DNA of 64,000 nucleotides from positions 62,001 to 126,000 of the forward strand of contig JAUCBJ010007945.1 of NCBI GenBank assembly GCA_032718475.1, in the 5' to 3' direction. Both the position numbers and the translations under genes were made by a program. Below, piece after piece: positions 1-11,692 of this stretch; the stretch's first letter is position 1; every line of letters starts with the position of its first letter. The notes beneath the pieces were generated by a model. The model worked only from the letters and a program-made list of their open reading frames with translations, had not been told where the DNA came from and did not search any database. The DNA is from Nemertoderma westbladi. Its lineage: Eukaryota > Animalia > Xenacoelomorpha.

Positions 1-1211
1 TTAGTAATGGCACCCTCTCCCTCTCTCCTTCGGGTTGTTCATTTAGTAATGGCACCCTCTCCCTCTCTCCTTTGGGTAGTTCATTTAGTAGTGGCACCCT
101 CTCCCTCTCTCCTACGGATTGTTCATTTAGTAATGGCACCCTCTCCCTCTCTCCTTCGGATTGTTCATTTAGTAATGGCACCCTCTCCCTCTCTCCTTCG
201 GGTTGTTCATTTAGTAATGCACCCTCTCCCTCTCTCCTACGGATTGTTCATTTAGTAATGGCACCCTCTCCCTCTCTCCTTCGGATTGTTCATTTAGTAA
301 TGGCACCCTCTCCCTCTCTCCTTCGGGTAGTTCATTTAGTAATGGCACCCTCTCCCTCTCTCCTTCGGGTTGTTCATTTAGTAATGGCACCCTCTCCCTC
401 TCTCCTTCGGGTTGTTCATTTAGTAATGGCACCCTCTCCCTCTCTCCTTCGGGTAGTTCATTTAGTAATGGCACCCTCTCCCTCTCTCCTTCGGGTAGTT
501 CATTTCGTAATGGCACCCTCTCCCTCTCTCCTTCGGGTTGTTCATTTAGTAATGGCACCCTCTCCCTCTCTCCTTCGGATTGTTCATTTAGTAATGGCAC
601 CCTCTCCCTCTCTCCTTCGGGTTGTTCATTTAGTAATGGCACCCTCTCCCTCTCTCCTTCGGGTAGTTCATTTAGTAATGGCACCCTCTCCCTCTCTCCT
701 TCGGGTTGTTCATTTAGTAATGGCACCCCCTCCCTCTCTCCTTCGGGTTGTTCATTTAGTAATGGCACCCCCTCCCTCTCTCCTTCGGGTAGTTCATTTA
801 GTAATGGCACCCTCTCCCTCTCTCCTTCGGGTAGTTCATTTAGTAATGGCACCCTCTCCCTCTCTCCTTCGGGTTGTTCATTTAGTAATGGCACCCTCTC
901 CCTCTCTCCTTCGGGTTGTTCATTTAGTAATGGCACCCTCTCCCTCTCTCCTACGGATTGTTCATTTAGTAATGGCACCCTCTCCCTCTCTCCTTCGGGT
1001 AGTTCATTTAGTAATGGCACCCTCTCCCTCTCTCCTTCGGGTAGTTCATTTAGTAATGGCACCCTCTCCCTCTCTCCTTCGGGTAGTTCATTTAGTAATG
1101 GCACCCTCTCCCCCTCTCCTTCGGGTTGTTCATTTAGTAATGGCACCCTCTCCCTCTCTCCTACGGATTGTTCATTTAGTAATGGCACCCTCTCCCTCTC
1201 TCCTTCGGGTT
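1..1211. repeat. 42-bp intronic minisatellite (TTAGTAATGGCACCCTCTCCCTCTCTCCTTCGGGTTGTTCAT), about 29 copies, running off the left edge
   Basis: Direct tandem repetition; translates as a 14-aa period (MAPSPSLLRVVHLV); ends about 28 bp before the dynein acceptor at 1238-1239. Confidence 0.97.
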
Positions 1212-1239
1212 GACCTTATTAATTAAATTTCCATTTTAG

Positions 1240-1452
1240 ATTAAAGATAGACTAAAGAAGATGGGCGCTCTGCAACCAATGAATATATTTCTACGCCAGG
1301 AGTTAGACCGGATGCAAAGGATCATAACAGTTGTTAGAAACGATCTTAAAGATCTCAAATTAGCTATTGAGGGAACTATTATAATGAATGATGATCTCAG
1401 AGATGCGTTGGACAACATGTATGATGCTAGAGTTCCAAACACATGGAAGAAG
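1240..1452 (+). CDS. DNAH5: Axonemal outer-arm dynein heavy chain (DNAH5/DNAH8-like), C-terminal domain exon
   Basis: ccattttag|ATT acceptor; [29 protein letters not shown]...[31 protein letters not shown] matches the DNAH5/8 C-terminal domain as recalled; the donor appears to be GC (AAG|GCTAGT). Confidence 0.88.
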
Positions 1453-1495
1453 GCTAGTCCTAATAATTCTATATTATAGTTTCGGTTTAATAAAA

Positions 1496-2944
1496 TTGTC
1501 AACCTCTTCATTCATTGTCAACCTCCTTATTTATTGTCAACCTCCTTATTCATTGTCAACCTCCTTATTCATTGTCAACCTCCTTATTCATTGTCAACCT
1601 CCTTATTTATTGTCAACCTCCTTATTCATTGTCAACCTCCTTATTCATTGTCAACCTCCTTATTCATTGTCAACCTCCTTATTCATTGTCAACCTCCTCA
1701 TTCATTGTCAACCTCCTCATTCATTGTCAACCTCCTTATTCATTGTCAACCTCCTTATTCATTGTCAACCTCCTTATTCATTGTCAACCTCCTCATTCAT
1801 TGTCAACCTCCTCATTCATTGTCAACCTCCTTATTCATTGTCAACCTCCTTATTCATTGTCAACCTCCTTATTCATTGTCAACCTCCTTATTCATTGTCA
1901 ACCTCCTTATTCATTGTCAACCTCCTTATTCATTGTCAACCTCCTTATTCATTGTCAACCTCCTTATTCATTGTCAACCTCCTTATTCATTGTCAACCTC
2001 CTTATTCATTGTCAACCTCCTTATTCATTGTCAACCTCCTCATTCATTGTCAACCTCCTCATTCATTGTCAACCTCCTCATTCATTGTCAACCTCCTTAT
2101 TTATTGTCAACCTCCTTATTTATTGTCAACCTCCTTATTCATTGTCAACCTCCTTATTCATTGTCAACCTCCTTATTCATTGTCAACCTCCTTATTTATT
2201 GTCAACCTCCTTATTCATTGTCAACCTCCTTATTCATTGTCAACCTCCTTATTCATTGTCAACCTCCTTATTCATTGTCAACCTCCTTATTCATTGTCAA
2301 CCTCCTCATTCATTGTCAACCTCCTTATTCATTGTCAACCTCCTTATTCATTGTCAACCTCCTTATTCATTGTCAACCTCCTCATTCATTGTCAACCTCC
2401 TTATTCATTGTCAACCTCCTTATTCATTGTCAACCATATCATTCATTGTCAACCTCCTTATTCATTGTCAACCTCCTTATTCATTGTCAACCTCCTCATT
2501 CATTGTCAACCTCCTCATTCATTGTCAACCTCCTCATTCATTGTCAACCTCCTTATTTATTGTCAACCTCCTTATTCATTGTCAACCTCCTTATTAATTG
2601 TCAACCTCCTTATTCATTGTCAACCTCCTTATTCATTGTCAACCTCCTTATTCATTGTCAACCTCCTTATTCATTGTCAACCTCCTTATTCATTGTCAAC
2701 CTCCTTATTCATTGTCAACCTCCTTATTCATTGTCAACCTCCTTATTCATTGTCAACCTCCTCATTCATTGTCAACCTCCTTATTCATTGTCAACCTCCT
2801 TATTCATTGTCAACCTCCTTATTCATTGTCAACCTCCTTATTCATTGTCAACCTCCTTATTCATTGTCAACCTCCTTATTCATTGTCAACCTCCTTATTC
2901 ATTGTCAACCTCCTTATTCATTGTCAACCTCCTTATTCATTGTC
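1496..2944. repeat. 19-bp minisatellite (ATTGTCAACCTCCTTATTC), left part, about 76 copies
   Basis: Direct tandem repetition; same unit as 11693-23359, interrupted by the BEL/Pao insertion. Confidence 0.98.
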
Positions 2945-4725
2945 GTAAAGTCCATAGAAGCAACGCAGTGGAAATTTATAGTTGTCTGACTGAGCCTGCA
3001 AAGGACTCGGGCAGGCACTATAACGTCGCGACGATCACTCAACCAGCGGTGTCATTACATCTGTTGATCGAGCGAACTTCATCAATGAGACGGCTCATCC
3101 ACCACATTATAACCCTCCGCAACTTCCTACGGTGGAAAGACAACAAACCGATAGTTCAACGGAGTATACAAGAACTCATTATCGCGGAGAAGTGTATCGT
3201 TGGATATGTCCAGAGAGAAAGTTTCCCCGATGAGTGGGAACAACTTAGTGCGGGCAAAACCTTGAAACCGGACAGCCCAGTCTACCAGCTGAGACCAATG
3301 ATGGGAGAGGACGGACTGATCCGACTAAATACCCGGATGGCAAACGCCCCGGTCGAATATGAGGTTAAATACCCGGCGCTTCTGCCCGGAACGTCAACAC
3401 TAGCCAAGCTATTAATTCAACAATGTCACGAGGAAAACCATCATGCAGGACAGAACTGGATTATAGTTAATATAAGACAAAGATATTGGATCACCCACAT
3501 CCAGCCACTGATCCGGAAAGTGTTGAAACGTTGCTTTACCTGCAGAAGATATCTAGCGCCACCACTCACTCAAAAGATGGCCGACTTACCAGCCACCCGT
3601 CTACAAGCAGATTCCCCACCGTTCTACGTCACCGGAGTGGACTGCTTCGGACCGTTTACGGTCATCGAACGGCGATCCAACATCAAATGCTGGGGAGCCA
3701 TCTTCACCTGCCTTAGGTCTAGGGCAATCTACCTAGACATTGTGGTAAACCTGACGCAACACGCATTCATCAACGCTCTGCGTCGGTTCGTGGCGAACAA
3801 CGGGACATGTCGCCACATGTATTCCGATAATGGTACAAACTTTGTGGGAGGAGAACGAGAACTTAGAGAGGCGATCGAGGGATGGTTTACCGACAACACC
3901 GCATCCCAAGTCTGGAAGGAACACCAGATACAGTGGCACTTCCAGACCCCCTTAGCACCCCATACAAGCGGGGTATGGGAGAAACTGATCGACTTAGTGA
4001 AACGGTCCATGCGCGTCGCTCTAGGAGACACCCGGGTAACCCATGACACCCTCCGCACAACATTCTGCGAGATCACGGCTACACTGAACAACCGACCCAT
4101 TGTCCCTATCCGCAACGACCCCACAGACCTGGAGCCCCTCACTCCTAACCACCTACTGGGGAGACCCAAAACCCATGTTCTCCCAGAGACCATGTTTCCG
4201 GATCCCAGCGATATCGCGAGACATACAAATTGGAAGAAGGCCCAAGCGTTGGCAGCGCATTGGTGGAGAATCTGGGCCCAGGAGTACCTCATAACCCTCC
4301 GGACCAGGAGGAAGTGGAACAACACCTACAGGAATGTTGCAGTTGGCGACATGGTATTAGTAAAAGAAGATCTCAAAGACCGCGTCCACTGGCCTGTGGC
4401 GCGAGTCGTGACCATACACCCAAGCAAAGACGGACTTGCGAGGACTGTGACGATACGAACGGCAAAGGGCCACTACCAACGCCCTATCCAGAAGCTGTGC
4501 CTTCTCGAAGGCAATGACAGTGGTGACTCTACGAGAGGTGACAAGTTCCCTACTCAAGATCCTGCTGCGGACATTGGTGACAATTATAAAAAGGGCCACT
4601 ACCAACGCCCTATCCAGAGGCTGTGCCTTCTCGAAGGCAATGACAGTGGTGATTCTACGAGAGGTGATAAGTTCCCTACTACGGATCCTGCTGCAGACAT
4701 TGGTGACAATTACAAATGCGTTTAA
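2945..4725 (+). pseudogene. BEL/Pao pol 3' fragment: HHCC zinc-binding domain, DDE integrase core and DUF5641-like C-terminus
   Basis: HEENHHAG...RYWI...CFTCRR; GVDCFGPF; SDNGTNFVG; GVWEKLI; LNNRPI; LTPNHLL; EYLITLRTRRKW; RPIQKLCLLE. No start codon of its own; fused to the satellite frame. Confidence 0.92.
4464..4715 (+). repeat. 126-bp tandem duplication of the integrase C-terminus
   Basis: KGHYQRPIQ(K/R)LCLLEGNDSGDSTRGDKFPT.DPAADIGDNYK occurs twice (4464-4589, 4590-4715). Confidence 0.92.
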
Positions 4726-4999
4726 ACCCTTCTCATCCTGTTGACAAACTTTTAAAATGTGATTTATCGACAATGAAAATGGACCCCCCTTAAACCAACT
4801 GTAACCACGCAATGGTATTTGTGTTTCCTCGTGTGTTATGTGGAGTCCAGCGTCACCCTGCAGATGTTTCGACTGACGCAGGGTCGTTTATGTATTGTTT
4901 ACCCTGATTTTGGTCATCGGGACCAACGGTATTGGATTATTGGAAATGGTAAAGATTTGAAGTGGAATTCATTGTATCCATTGTAATATGTTATGTTGT

Positions 5000-5391
5000 C
5001 CGTTGCGTGCGCAGTTCGGGGCGTAGGCGGTGTAACGAGTCCAGCTGTAGATCCCGGATTGCCGCGCAACACCCCCTCTATCCCGTTATTCTGGTGGGTC
5101 CATGGTGCATCCACATGACTTCGAAGATAGGGGGTTTTATGTTCTCAGTCGCGTTATTCTGGTGGGACCGTTGCGTGGATTTTGGGGCGTAGGCGGTGTA
5201 ACGAGTCCAGCTGTAGATCCCAGAATGTTGCGTAACACCATCCCACATGACTTCGTCAGCTGAGCTTTATGTTGTTGGGAGTGTTATTCTGGTGGGTCCC
5301 TGGTGCATTCCACGTGACTTCACTCCCAGCGTCTTCATTGTCCGTTACGTGCGCAGTTTGGGGCGTAGGCGGTGTAACGAGTCCAGCTGTA
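5000..5391. repeat. Degenerate direct repeats of about 170 bp in the post-pol spacer of BEL family A
   Basis: GGGGCGTAGGCGGTGTAACGAGTCCAGCTGTA at about 5019, 5184 and 5360; the third copy is the RTE target site. Confidence 0.8.
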
Positions 5392-6832
5392 CTACTACTA
5401 CTACTAGGATCGGCATGCTGCATTGCAGCTGCATTTTTAAGAATGCTGTGCCGGCTTGTCAACAAAATTGCACCGCCACGACTCCCTATCACCCATGACA
5501 TTTGCTAGATCATCCGCATCTTTAAGGCCAGTGTCCTTTAAGATGCGTCTCAAGAAAGTCATGGGCTGTCCACCATGCTTATTCACTCCATGAGGCTGCC
5601 AAAGTACAAGATTATGCACTGGCTGGTCCTCACGGCGAAAGCAATGTCCTGCAAAGCGGAGGCGATTTTGTTCTAGTGTCAAGCTTGGGGGAACCAATGA
5701 GACACCTCCAATGTTATATAGTGTCTGGTTGGAGATGTGTGCATTGTACTTGACACAATGAACCCGGCGTAGCATTCTTGTGAATGTGCCATCCAGAGAT
5801 TTGGTGTCCTCAGCAGTTAGAGCCCAGCATGGACTCCCGTAGAGGAGTACTGGAACTACTGCTGCTCTAAATAATCGGACCTTAAGTTTCCGATTAATTC
5901 TAGGTGACTTCCAAATCCTGGAAAGCCTATTCAAGGCTGCCCATGCCTTTCCCTTACGTATTCGAAGGTCCTCACCTGACTTCCGGATCCATGATCCCAG
6001 GTAACAGAAGTCGTCCACATGCTCAAGCATACCATCCTTTGAGCTTATGCTCATCCGATCAGAGACTTGCTGAGGACTTTCAAAGTTAACTGTCAGAATT
6101 TTGGTCTTTCTGGAGTTAATAAAAAGACCAACACTAGAAGCAGCATGTTCTAATGAGCTGAGGAGCCGCTGGGCTCCATCTAATGATTCTGAGAGTACAC
6201 CTAAGTCATCAGCAAAGTCTAGATCAGTTAGGTACTTGGCAGGATTTCCTCGACTTCTGGAGCCAGTAGGTGGAGTTATCATCACCCCATCATCATTATG
6301 ATGATCTAAGGACATGCGTAGAACATAGTCAACCACAATAATGAACAAGAATGGTGCAAGTGTGTCTCCTTGGAGGACGCCCCATAACACTTCAAATGGT
6401 TCTGTGTCACCGTCAACAGTAGACACAAATGTTGTCGAACCATCGTATACTGATCTGATTGCTGCAATAATTTCATCAGGAATCCCATATAATGAAAGTA
6501 TGCTGAACATACGTGAGCGAGAGACTGAATCAAAGGCCTTGAAGAAGTCAACAAAGATAACAGCCAGATGCCTGTCTTTCTTTTTTGATAACTCTTCAAT
6601 TATCCTTCTAAGTGCCAAAATGGGCTCCATGGTCCCACGACCTTTACGGAACCCATTCTGATTTCCACGTAGCAGTCTCTCAATGGGATCCCTGATGCGA
6701 TTTAATAGAATTCTATTGTATAGTTTTGCAGCAATCGAGATCAATGAGATTCCCCGAAACGAACCATAGAGTGTTAGGTTGCCCTTCTTGGGAACTGGCA
6801 CCAACTTATTTGTTTTCATTTCTTGTGGGACT
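5392..6832 (-). mobile_element. 5'-truncated RTE-clade LINE (RT domain) with (TAG)n tail and 13-bp TSD, nested in BEL family A
   Basis: RT motifs RGISLISIAAKLYNRIL, QNGFRKGR, DFFKAFDSV, GVLQGDTLAPFLF, DFADD, YLGS; (CTA)n tail on + at about 5392-5406; TSD GAGTCCAGCTGTA at 5379-5391 and 6833-6845. Confidence 0.93.
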
Positions 6833-7421
6833 GAGTCCAGCTGTAGATCCCAGATTGCCGCGTAACACCCCTTCCACAACGAAAATTTACCAAAGAAGAT
6901 GATTGAATGTAGTTGGTAATGATGAAAAGAAACAGACAACTCTACTATAAACCGAATGATGACGCGTATGATGATGAAAATGTAATGATGCGCACCCTGG
7001 TGCTGCGCTTATAACAAATGATGATAGCCGGGGGGCTATAACCCCAATGATGATGTGGAAATAAACAAAAATAAAGAATAAATGGTGGAACTAAATGATG
7101 AAATATATGTATTGAAATAATGAAATGTGAAATGAAATAATGAGAAATGGAAAAAAGACAAAAAAAATGTATAAAATGTATTAATAAAGAATTGGAAAAA
7201 AGAAGAGGACATAAAAAGTCATAAAACTGGTTGGATATTAATGTATAGCTATAGTAACTGTAAATGCTGAATGTTAGCAATAAGATGGTAGATGCCTATA
7301 TAGCAATGTTATTTAATAAACTGAATTAAAAATAAACTGAATTATTCTGCAATCACTATAGTTTCAGACTTTCTGGACTTATAATTAACTGATCTAATTT
7401 GTAACGGACATAATCGTAAAT

Positions 7422-10022
7422 ATGGACCCAAATCGCCAAATTATCGGCGAATTACGTAATACGATAGATCTACTGGAATATCCGCAACCTGGATCCCCTA
7501 ACTTTGATACGAATTGGAACGCCCTGATAAATGAGAATGTGCGAGTCGTTAAATTCACCGGGCGAGAGGGACCGGACTCCAAGAATCTACGAGCCCTCCG
7601 GTTGGCCGATGCTAGTATGAGACTGAAAAGAACTCGGAACGCAAAGGCCACCGGAGAGGACGAGATGTCGTACTGGGATACGTTCCGGCAAAGCGTCTAC
7701 AAATCCCGATGTCTGATATACGACAACGAAGGAAACGCGACGCCCACCTCGAAAGCGATTACGTTGGCGCGATGTCAAAGTTTCGTCGACGACAAGAATA
7801 CGTACCTCGCCCACTGGGGAAACCTGTCGGAGTGTACGGCGACGCTACGAGAGGAACGTATATCGATCATCCAGAATCGCGACGACTACCAGGAAAAGTA
7901 CGGGGCGAAAGAATACGGTCGATCCTTGGTCATCGTCCTCGGAACCCTGGACGGTTTGGTATTGGTGTGTCGAATATTCCCGACACCCAGACAGGAAGTG
8001 CAGGCAGCCGGAGCGATCTGGTTACTACCTCCGGAAATCCAAAAGATCCTCTTCGACTTCGACGTCATTAAAATTGGGTCGGATATAAAGGCGGACGTCC
8101 GGAACGACTACGCGAACGCTCCTTCAGGAAGAGACCGTCGAGACGACCTCAACGCCCTTAGTCATTGCGTCGACACCCAAACGCTATTAGCCTGGTTACG
8201 ATTCGCCGAGTTCATGCGAGGTTTCCGCGAGGTGAGACCGACGAAATCCGGGATTGGCTATCTCGCCGTGCTAAATGGCGGCATCGACTTCAAACCCCAG
8301 AAATTCCGGGATTATAATAAAATATATGGTGGATACCCGGGATTAGAAATAAAGAGCGAGCGAGAGGGTCTATGGAAGGACGTTGAGAGAAAGTGGACGA
8401 TACACCAAAGGTGGGAGAATCCGGATCGACGGAACTACATCTACGTCGTTATGGAATCATACACCGTCGCTAAGTTTATCTGTAAAACTCTCGATAACCT
8501 CATTACGGCGGTTCCTCTTTCCTTCGTCGACTACGACTGGAACGAGGTTATAAACCACGCGTTTAAAGCGGTCGAGAAAATTACACCGGGAGAGACGAAA
8601 ACGCTCACTGTTATCGATTCCTGGGACGAGAACGGACCTTACGACATCCCTATGATTACCGATCTTCTCGGCGCAGAGGAGCCTCTGATTTCTTCGGAAG
8701 GGGAAGAACTATGGCTACAGGAGGGTGTTCTATTATCCACCCCAAAGCGACAACTCGAGCCGGAAGCCACGTACGGACCGGCCGCCAAACGGGTTGCCTC
8801 GGCCGAACCGACGACGAGAGCAGGCGCTTACGCCCCACTCGGCTCCGGTAGCCCTGCGAGGGAGGTAGCCACTACCTCTGCATTGAGCGACTTCGGCGAC
8901 ATATGCCAAAGGTTATCCCCATATCCTTTCCCGGGTGGCGAAGACTGGTCTTCGGAGATTCCGAGTACCAGCAATCAACGGTCCCGCTCAGCGATACTGG
9001 TTGAAAAGGGTCCCAGCGCTGCGCCGACTCCCGACGATCTCCTCGGAATCCCTCCGTCGAAAACCCCGGCACCTCTTCGCCGACCAGCGGTGGCTACTAC
9101 ACCTTCCGTCCCTCAGGATCCTATGCGATTAACCCGTTGGTACGCTGAGCAAACCGAATGGATCCACCGCCAGAAACGGTCGTCCGAGTTGAGACCGGCA
9201 GGACACAAAGAAGTTTATCGGAGCGAGAACCTACTACGCCAAAGCCCAGCCTTCCGCGGGCTACCGACCACCGCGAATATTCAAAAGAGCGACCGACGAC
9301 TCGAGTATTACGTCGGCGTCCCGATTCCGATATTCCCCGGTCGAGAGATGCAGCTGGAGGTGTGCGGTAACTGCGGTTCGGAGCAGTGCCCACGCGGTAG
9401 AAGAAATCGGGTTACCGATTCGTGCCTCCAGCTCCTCGGGATACCTTACTGCCCATACTGCGCGACATCGGGCCACGATGTTTCAGTCTGTCCGGTCCTC
9501 TATAACCTCTGCACTACGTGCGGTTTCCGTGGACATTCCGCTAGCCCCCGCTGCTATATAAAATGTTATAGTAAAGACGTTACCGCTATGGGGAATATGG
9601 TCATGTTTGAAACATACGCAAACAGCCACATAAGGACCAAAGTGCGGAGAAACGCTCGGAATATCGCGCAGGAGATGGCGTGCGGGTATTTCTCCTTCCC
9701 GGAACGCCTCCACACGTCGGCCACGCTACCTTTCCATTACGTGGATCTGTTGCTGAGCGCCGGATTATTCGGCCCATTCGAAGTCATTAGACGCTTATAC
9801 TCGTATAAAGAGGAGTTCGGTGACGGAAAGTGGTTCCTAGAGGCGCGCAACGCCGAGTTGGAAAGAAGAACCGATATGATCCCGATACCATCGAAAGGAA
9901 GAGCCGCCAGGAGACAAGCCGAAGCGTTGCTCACGATGGATGTTGACGCTGCCCTTCCAGCTCTAGCGATCGATGAGAGTCGACGGGCGAAGAGGAGAAA
10001 GGCGTATCAAAGAAAGAAATAG
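7422..10022 (+). CDS. BEL/Pao accessory ORF (866 aa): DnaQ/WRN-like 3'-5' exonuclease domain, Pro/Ser-rich linker, CCHC zinc knuckles and basic tail
   Basis: Intact ORF between pol and the PPT; IYDNEG (Exo I), LPPEIQKILFDFDVIKIGSDIKAD (Exo II), CVDTQTL, YVVME (Exo III variant); CPYCATSGHDVSVC, CTTCGFRGHSASPRC; ends RRAKRRKAYQRKK. Confidence 0.8.
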   Translation: MDPNRQIIGELRNTIDLLEYPQPGSPNFDTNWNALINENVRVVKFTGREGPDSKNLRALRLADASMRLKRTRNAKATGEDEMSYWDTFRQSVYKSRCLIYDNEGNATPTSKAITLARCQSFVDDKNTYLAHWGNLSECTATLREERISIIQNRDDYQEKYGAKEYGRSLVIVLGTLDGLVLVCRIFPTPRQEVQAAGAIWLLPPEIQKILFDFDVIKIGSDIKADVRNDYANAPSGRDRRDDLNALSHCVDTQTLLAWLRFAEFMRGFREVRPTKSGIGYLAVLNGGIDFKPQKFRDYNKIYGGYPGLEIKSEREGLWKDVERKWTIHQRWENPDRRNYIYVVMESYTVAKFICKTLDNLITAVPLSFVDYDWNEVINHAFKAVEKITPGETKTLTVIDSWDENGPYDIPMITDLLGAEEPLISSEGEELWLQEGVLLSTPKRQLEPEATYGPAAKRVASAEPTTRAGAYAPLGSGSPAREVATTSALSDFGDICQRLSPYPFPGGEDWSSEIPSTSNQRSRSAILVEKGPSAAPTPDDLLGIPPSKTPAPLRRPAVATTPSVPQDPMRLTRWYAEQTEWIHRQKRSSELRPAGHKEVYRSENLLRQSPAFRGLPTTANIQKSDRRLEYYVGVPIPIFPGREMQLEVCGNCGSEQCPRGRRNRVTDSCLQLLGIPYCPYCATSGHDVSVCPVLYNLCTTCGFRGHSASPRCYIKCYSKDVTAMGNMVMFETYANSHIRTKVRRNARNIAQEMACGYFSFPERLHTSATLPFHYVDLLLSAGLFGPFEVIRRLYSYKEEFGDGKWFLEARNAELERRTDMIPIPSKGRAARRQAEALLTMDVDAALPALAIDESRRAKRRKAYQRKK

Positions 10023-10200
10023 TGGACCGGGATATTCCAGGAACATTTATTGAACATTTATTTTTATACACATATATATCTATAAACTCTAGGCCAAATT
10101 AATTAAGACTATGCAATATTAAATTTGGGTTTTTTATATTGGGAATGACCTACGCAAACTCAATCTACCGATAGACCTCACGAAGGTCATTGGGGGGGAC

Positions 10201-11692
10201 TGTTCGCGGTATTTCAACTTTTCATAACGCGAGTTGAATATTTTTTGTATTTATTTAAAATGATTATTCCGATATCACTACTGGGTGCGGGACCATGGGT
10301 TTTGGGCACATTCTATGGACTGGGGGCGATTTATGGGCGAACATTGGGGCAACTTACAGGGTACGGGAATAATTTCATAGTTATAAGGCCAGGGGTGGGA
10401 GGCAAAGTTAAGCAGTATTCAGGTTAGCCTGAGTACTATTAGGCCCTGGCCAACTTCCTGCTGCCTGTAGAGGTGGATTTGGTAACGCGCCAGGCCTAAA
10501 GGACAAGGACTGCCCTTAGCGGCCCCTGGCCAACAGCAGTTACTACGAGCCTGAAAAGGACATCGGAACGCCGGCTGCTTGCGCCAGGGATTCGTGATGG
10601 GAAACGACAGCCCCCTTAGCTAAGCCGTACTGGTTCTCGATGACCGATCCCTCCGGGGTTCGCGAGGGGTGGGACGGACATGCGAAAGGGTTGGCCGACT
10701 AACAGAGGACGGGTTTGACGAGGACTGCCCTTAGCGGTCTCTGGTCAACAGCAGTTATTACGAGCCTGAAAAGGACATCGGAACGCCGGCTGCTTGTACC
10801 AGGGATTTGCGATGGGAACCGACGACAGACCCCTTAGCTAAGCCGTACTGGTTCTCGATGATCGATCCCTTCGGGGTTCGTGAGGGGTGGGATGGACATG
10901 CGACGGGGTCGAAAGACAAAGGACTGGACGCTACTGGCCTACCGACTGTTCGGAGCAGTTTCTCGGCTGCCGAAGCGACTACGAGCCTGAATAAGGACTC
11001 GGAAAGCCTAGGTGGTTGGGTCTCTGCGATGAACCGACGGACCCCTAGCCAAGCCGTACTGGTTCTCGATGATCGAACCCTTCGGGGTTCGGGAGGGGTG
11101 GGACGGATACGCGAACGGGTCCACCGACATGACAGACTCCTAGCCAAGCCGTACTGGTTCTCGATGATCGATCCCTTCGGGGATCGGGAGGGGTGGGACG
11201 GATAAGCGACAGAGTCTACCGACTGGACTGACCCTTAGCCAAGCCGTGCTGGTTCTCGATGATCGATCCCTTCGGGGTTCGGGAGGGGTGGAACGGACAC
11301 GCGACTGGGTCGACCGACACCGACACTACGGCACTAAGACTAGGACCAAGGGAAAATCTGGGGAACATTAGGTAGGCTAAAATCTGAGCGAACAGTGGGT
11401 AATTAAATAATATACTGTAGGGATTTATATTGTCGTGTATAATTATTGTGAATATTTGGTGTATATTGATTTGGGGAATCCCAATTAATTATCAATCAGG
11501 GTTCAACTGATTGATAATTACATTAAAGAGTATATCCAACCAATGCAACTTTTCCTCAACCGCAATCCTGCATTCAAGATATCATTCCTTCTCCACAATC
11601 AATATCCGGTGACTGGCCGGGACTCTGTGGTCTGTAAAGTCACGTCTCCAGCATCGGCGTTTTCCCCCCTGGTGTTTGGGATAACGGCAACA
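10201..11692 (+). repeat. 3' LTR of BEL family A (about 1.5 kb) with internal repeats
   Basis: Starts TGTT right after the TGGGGGGGAC PPT and ends AACA; contains five copies of a motif of about 72 nt between 10613 and 11304. Confidence 0.82.

Larger units (their letters stand above)
2945..11692 (+). mobile_element. 5'-deleted BEL/Pao LTR retrotransposon (family A): integrase part of pol, accessory exonuclease ORF, PPT and 3' LTR
   Basis: BEL-type integrase; G-run PPT at 10192-10198 followed by an LTR with TGTT...AACA termini (10201-11692); the satellite resumes at 11693. The 5' LTR, gag, PR, RT and RH are absent. Confidence 0.9.

Noticed and set aside
7-1226. Repetitive ORFs on both strands
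   Set aside because: Translations of the 42-bp intronic minisatellite.
1534-4725. 1063-aa satellite-integrase fusion protein
   Set aside because: Chance frame continuity at a deletion junction; no genuine start or promoter evidence.
10613-11304. Hammerhead ribozyme in the LTR repeats
   Set aside because: The core reads UCGAUGA...GAG rather than CUGANGA...GAAA; kept only as a structured motif.
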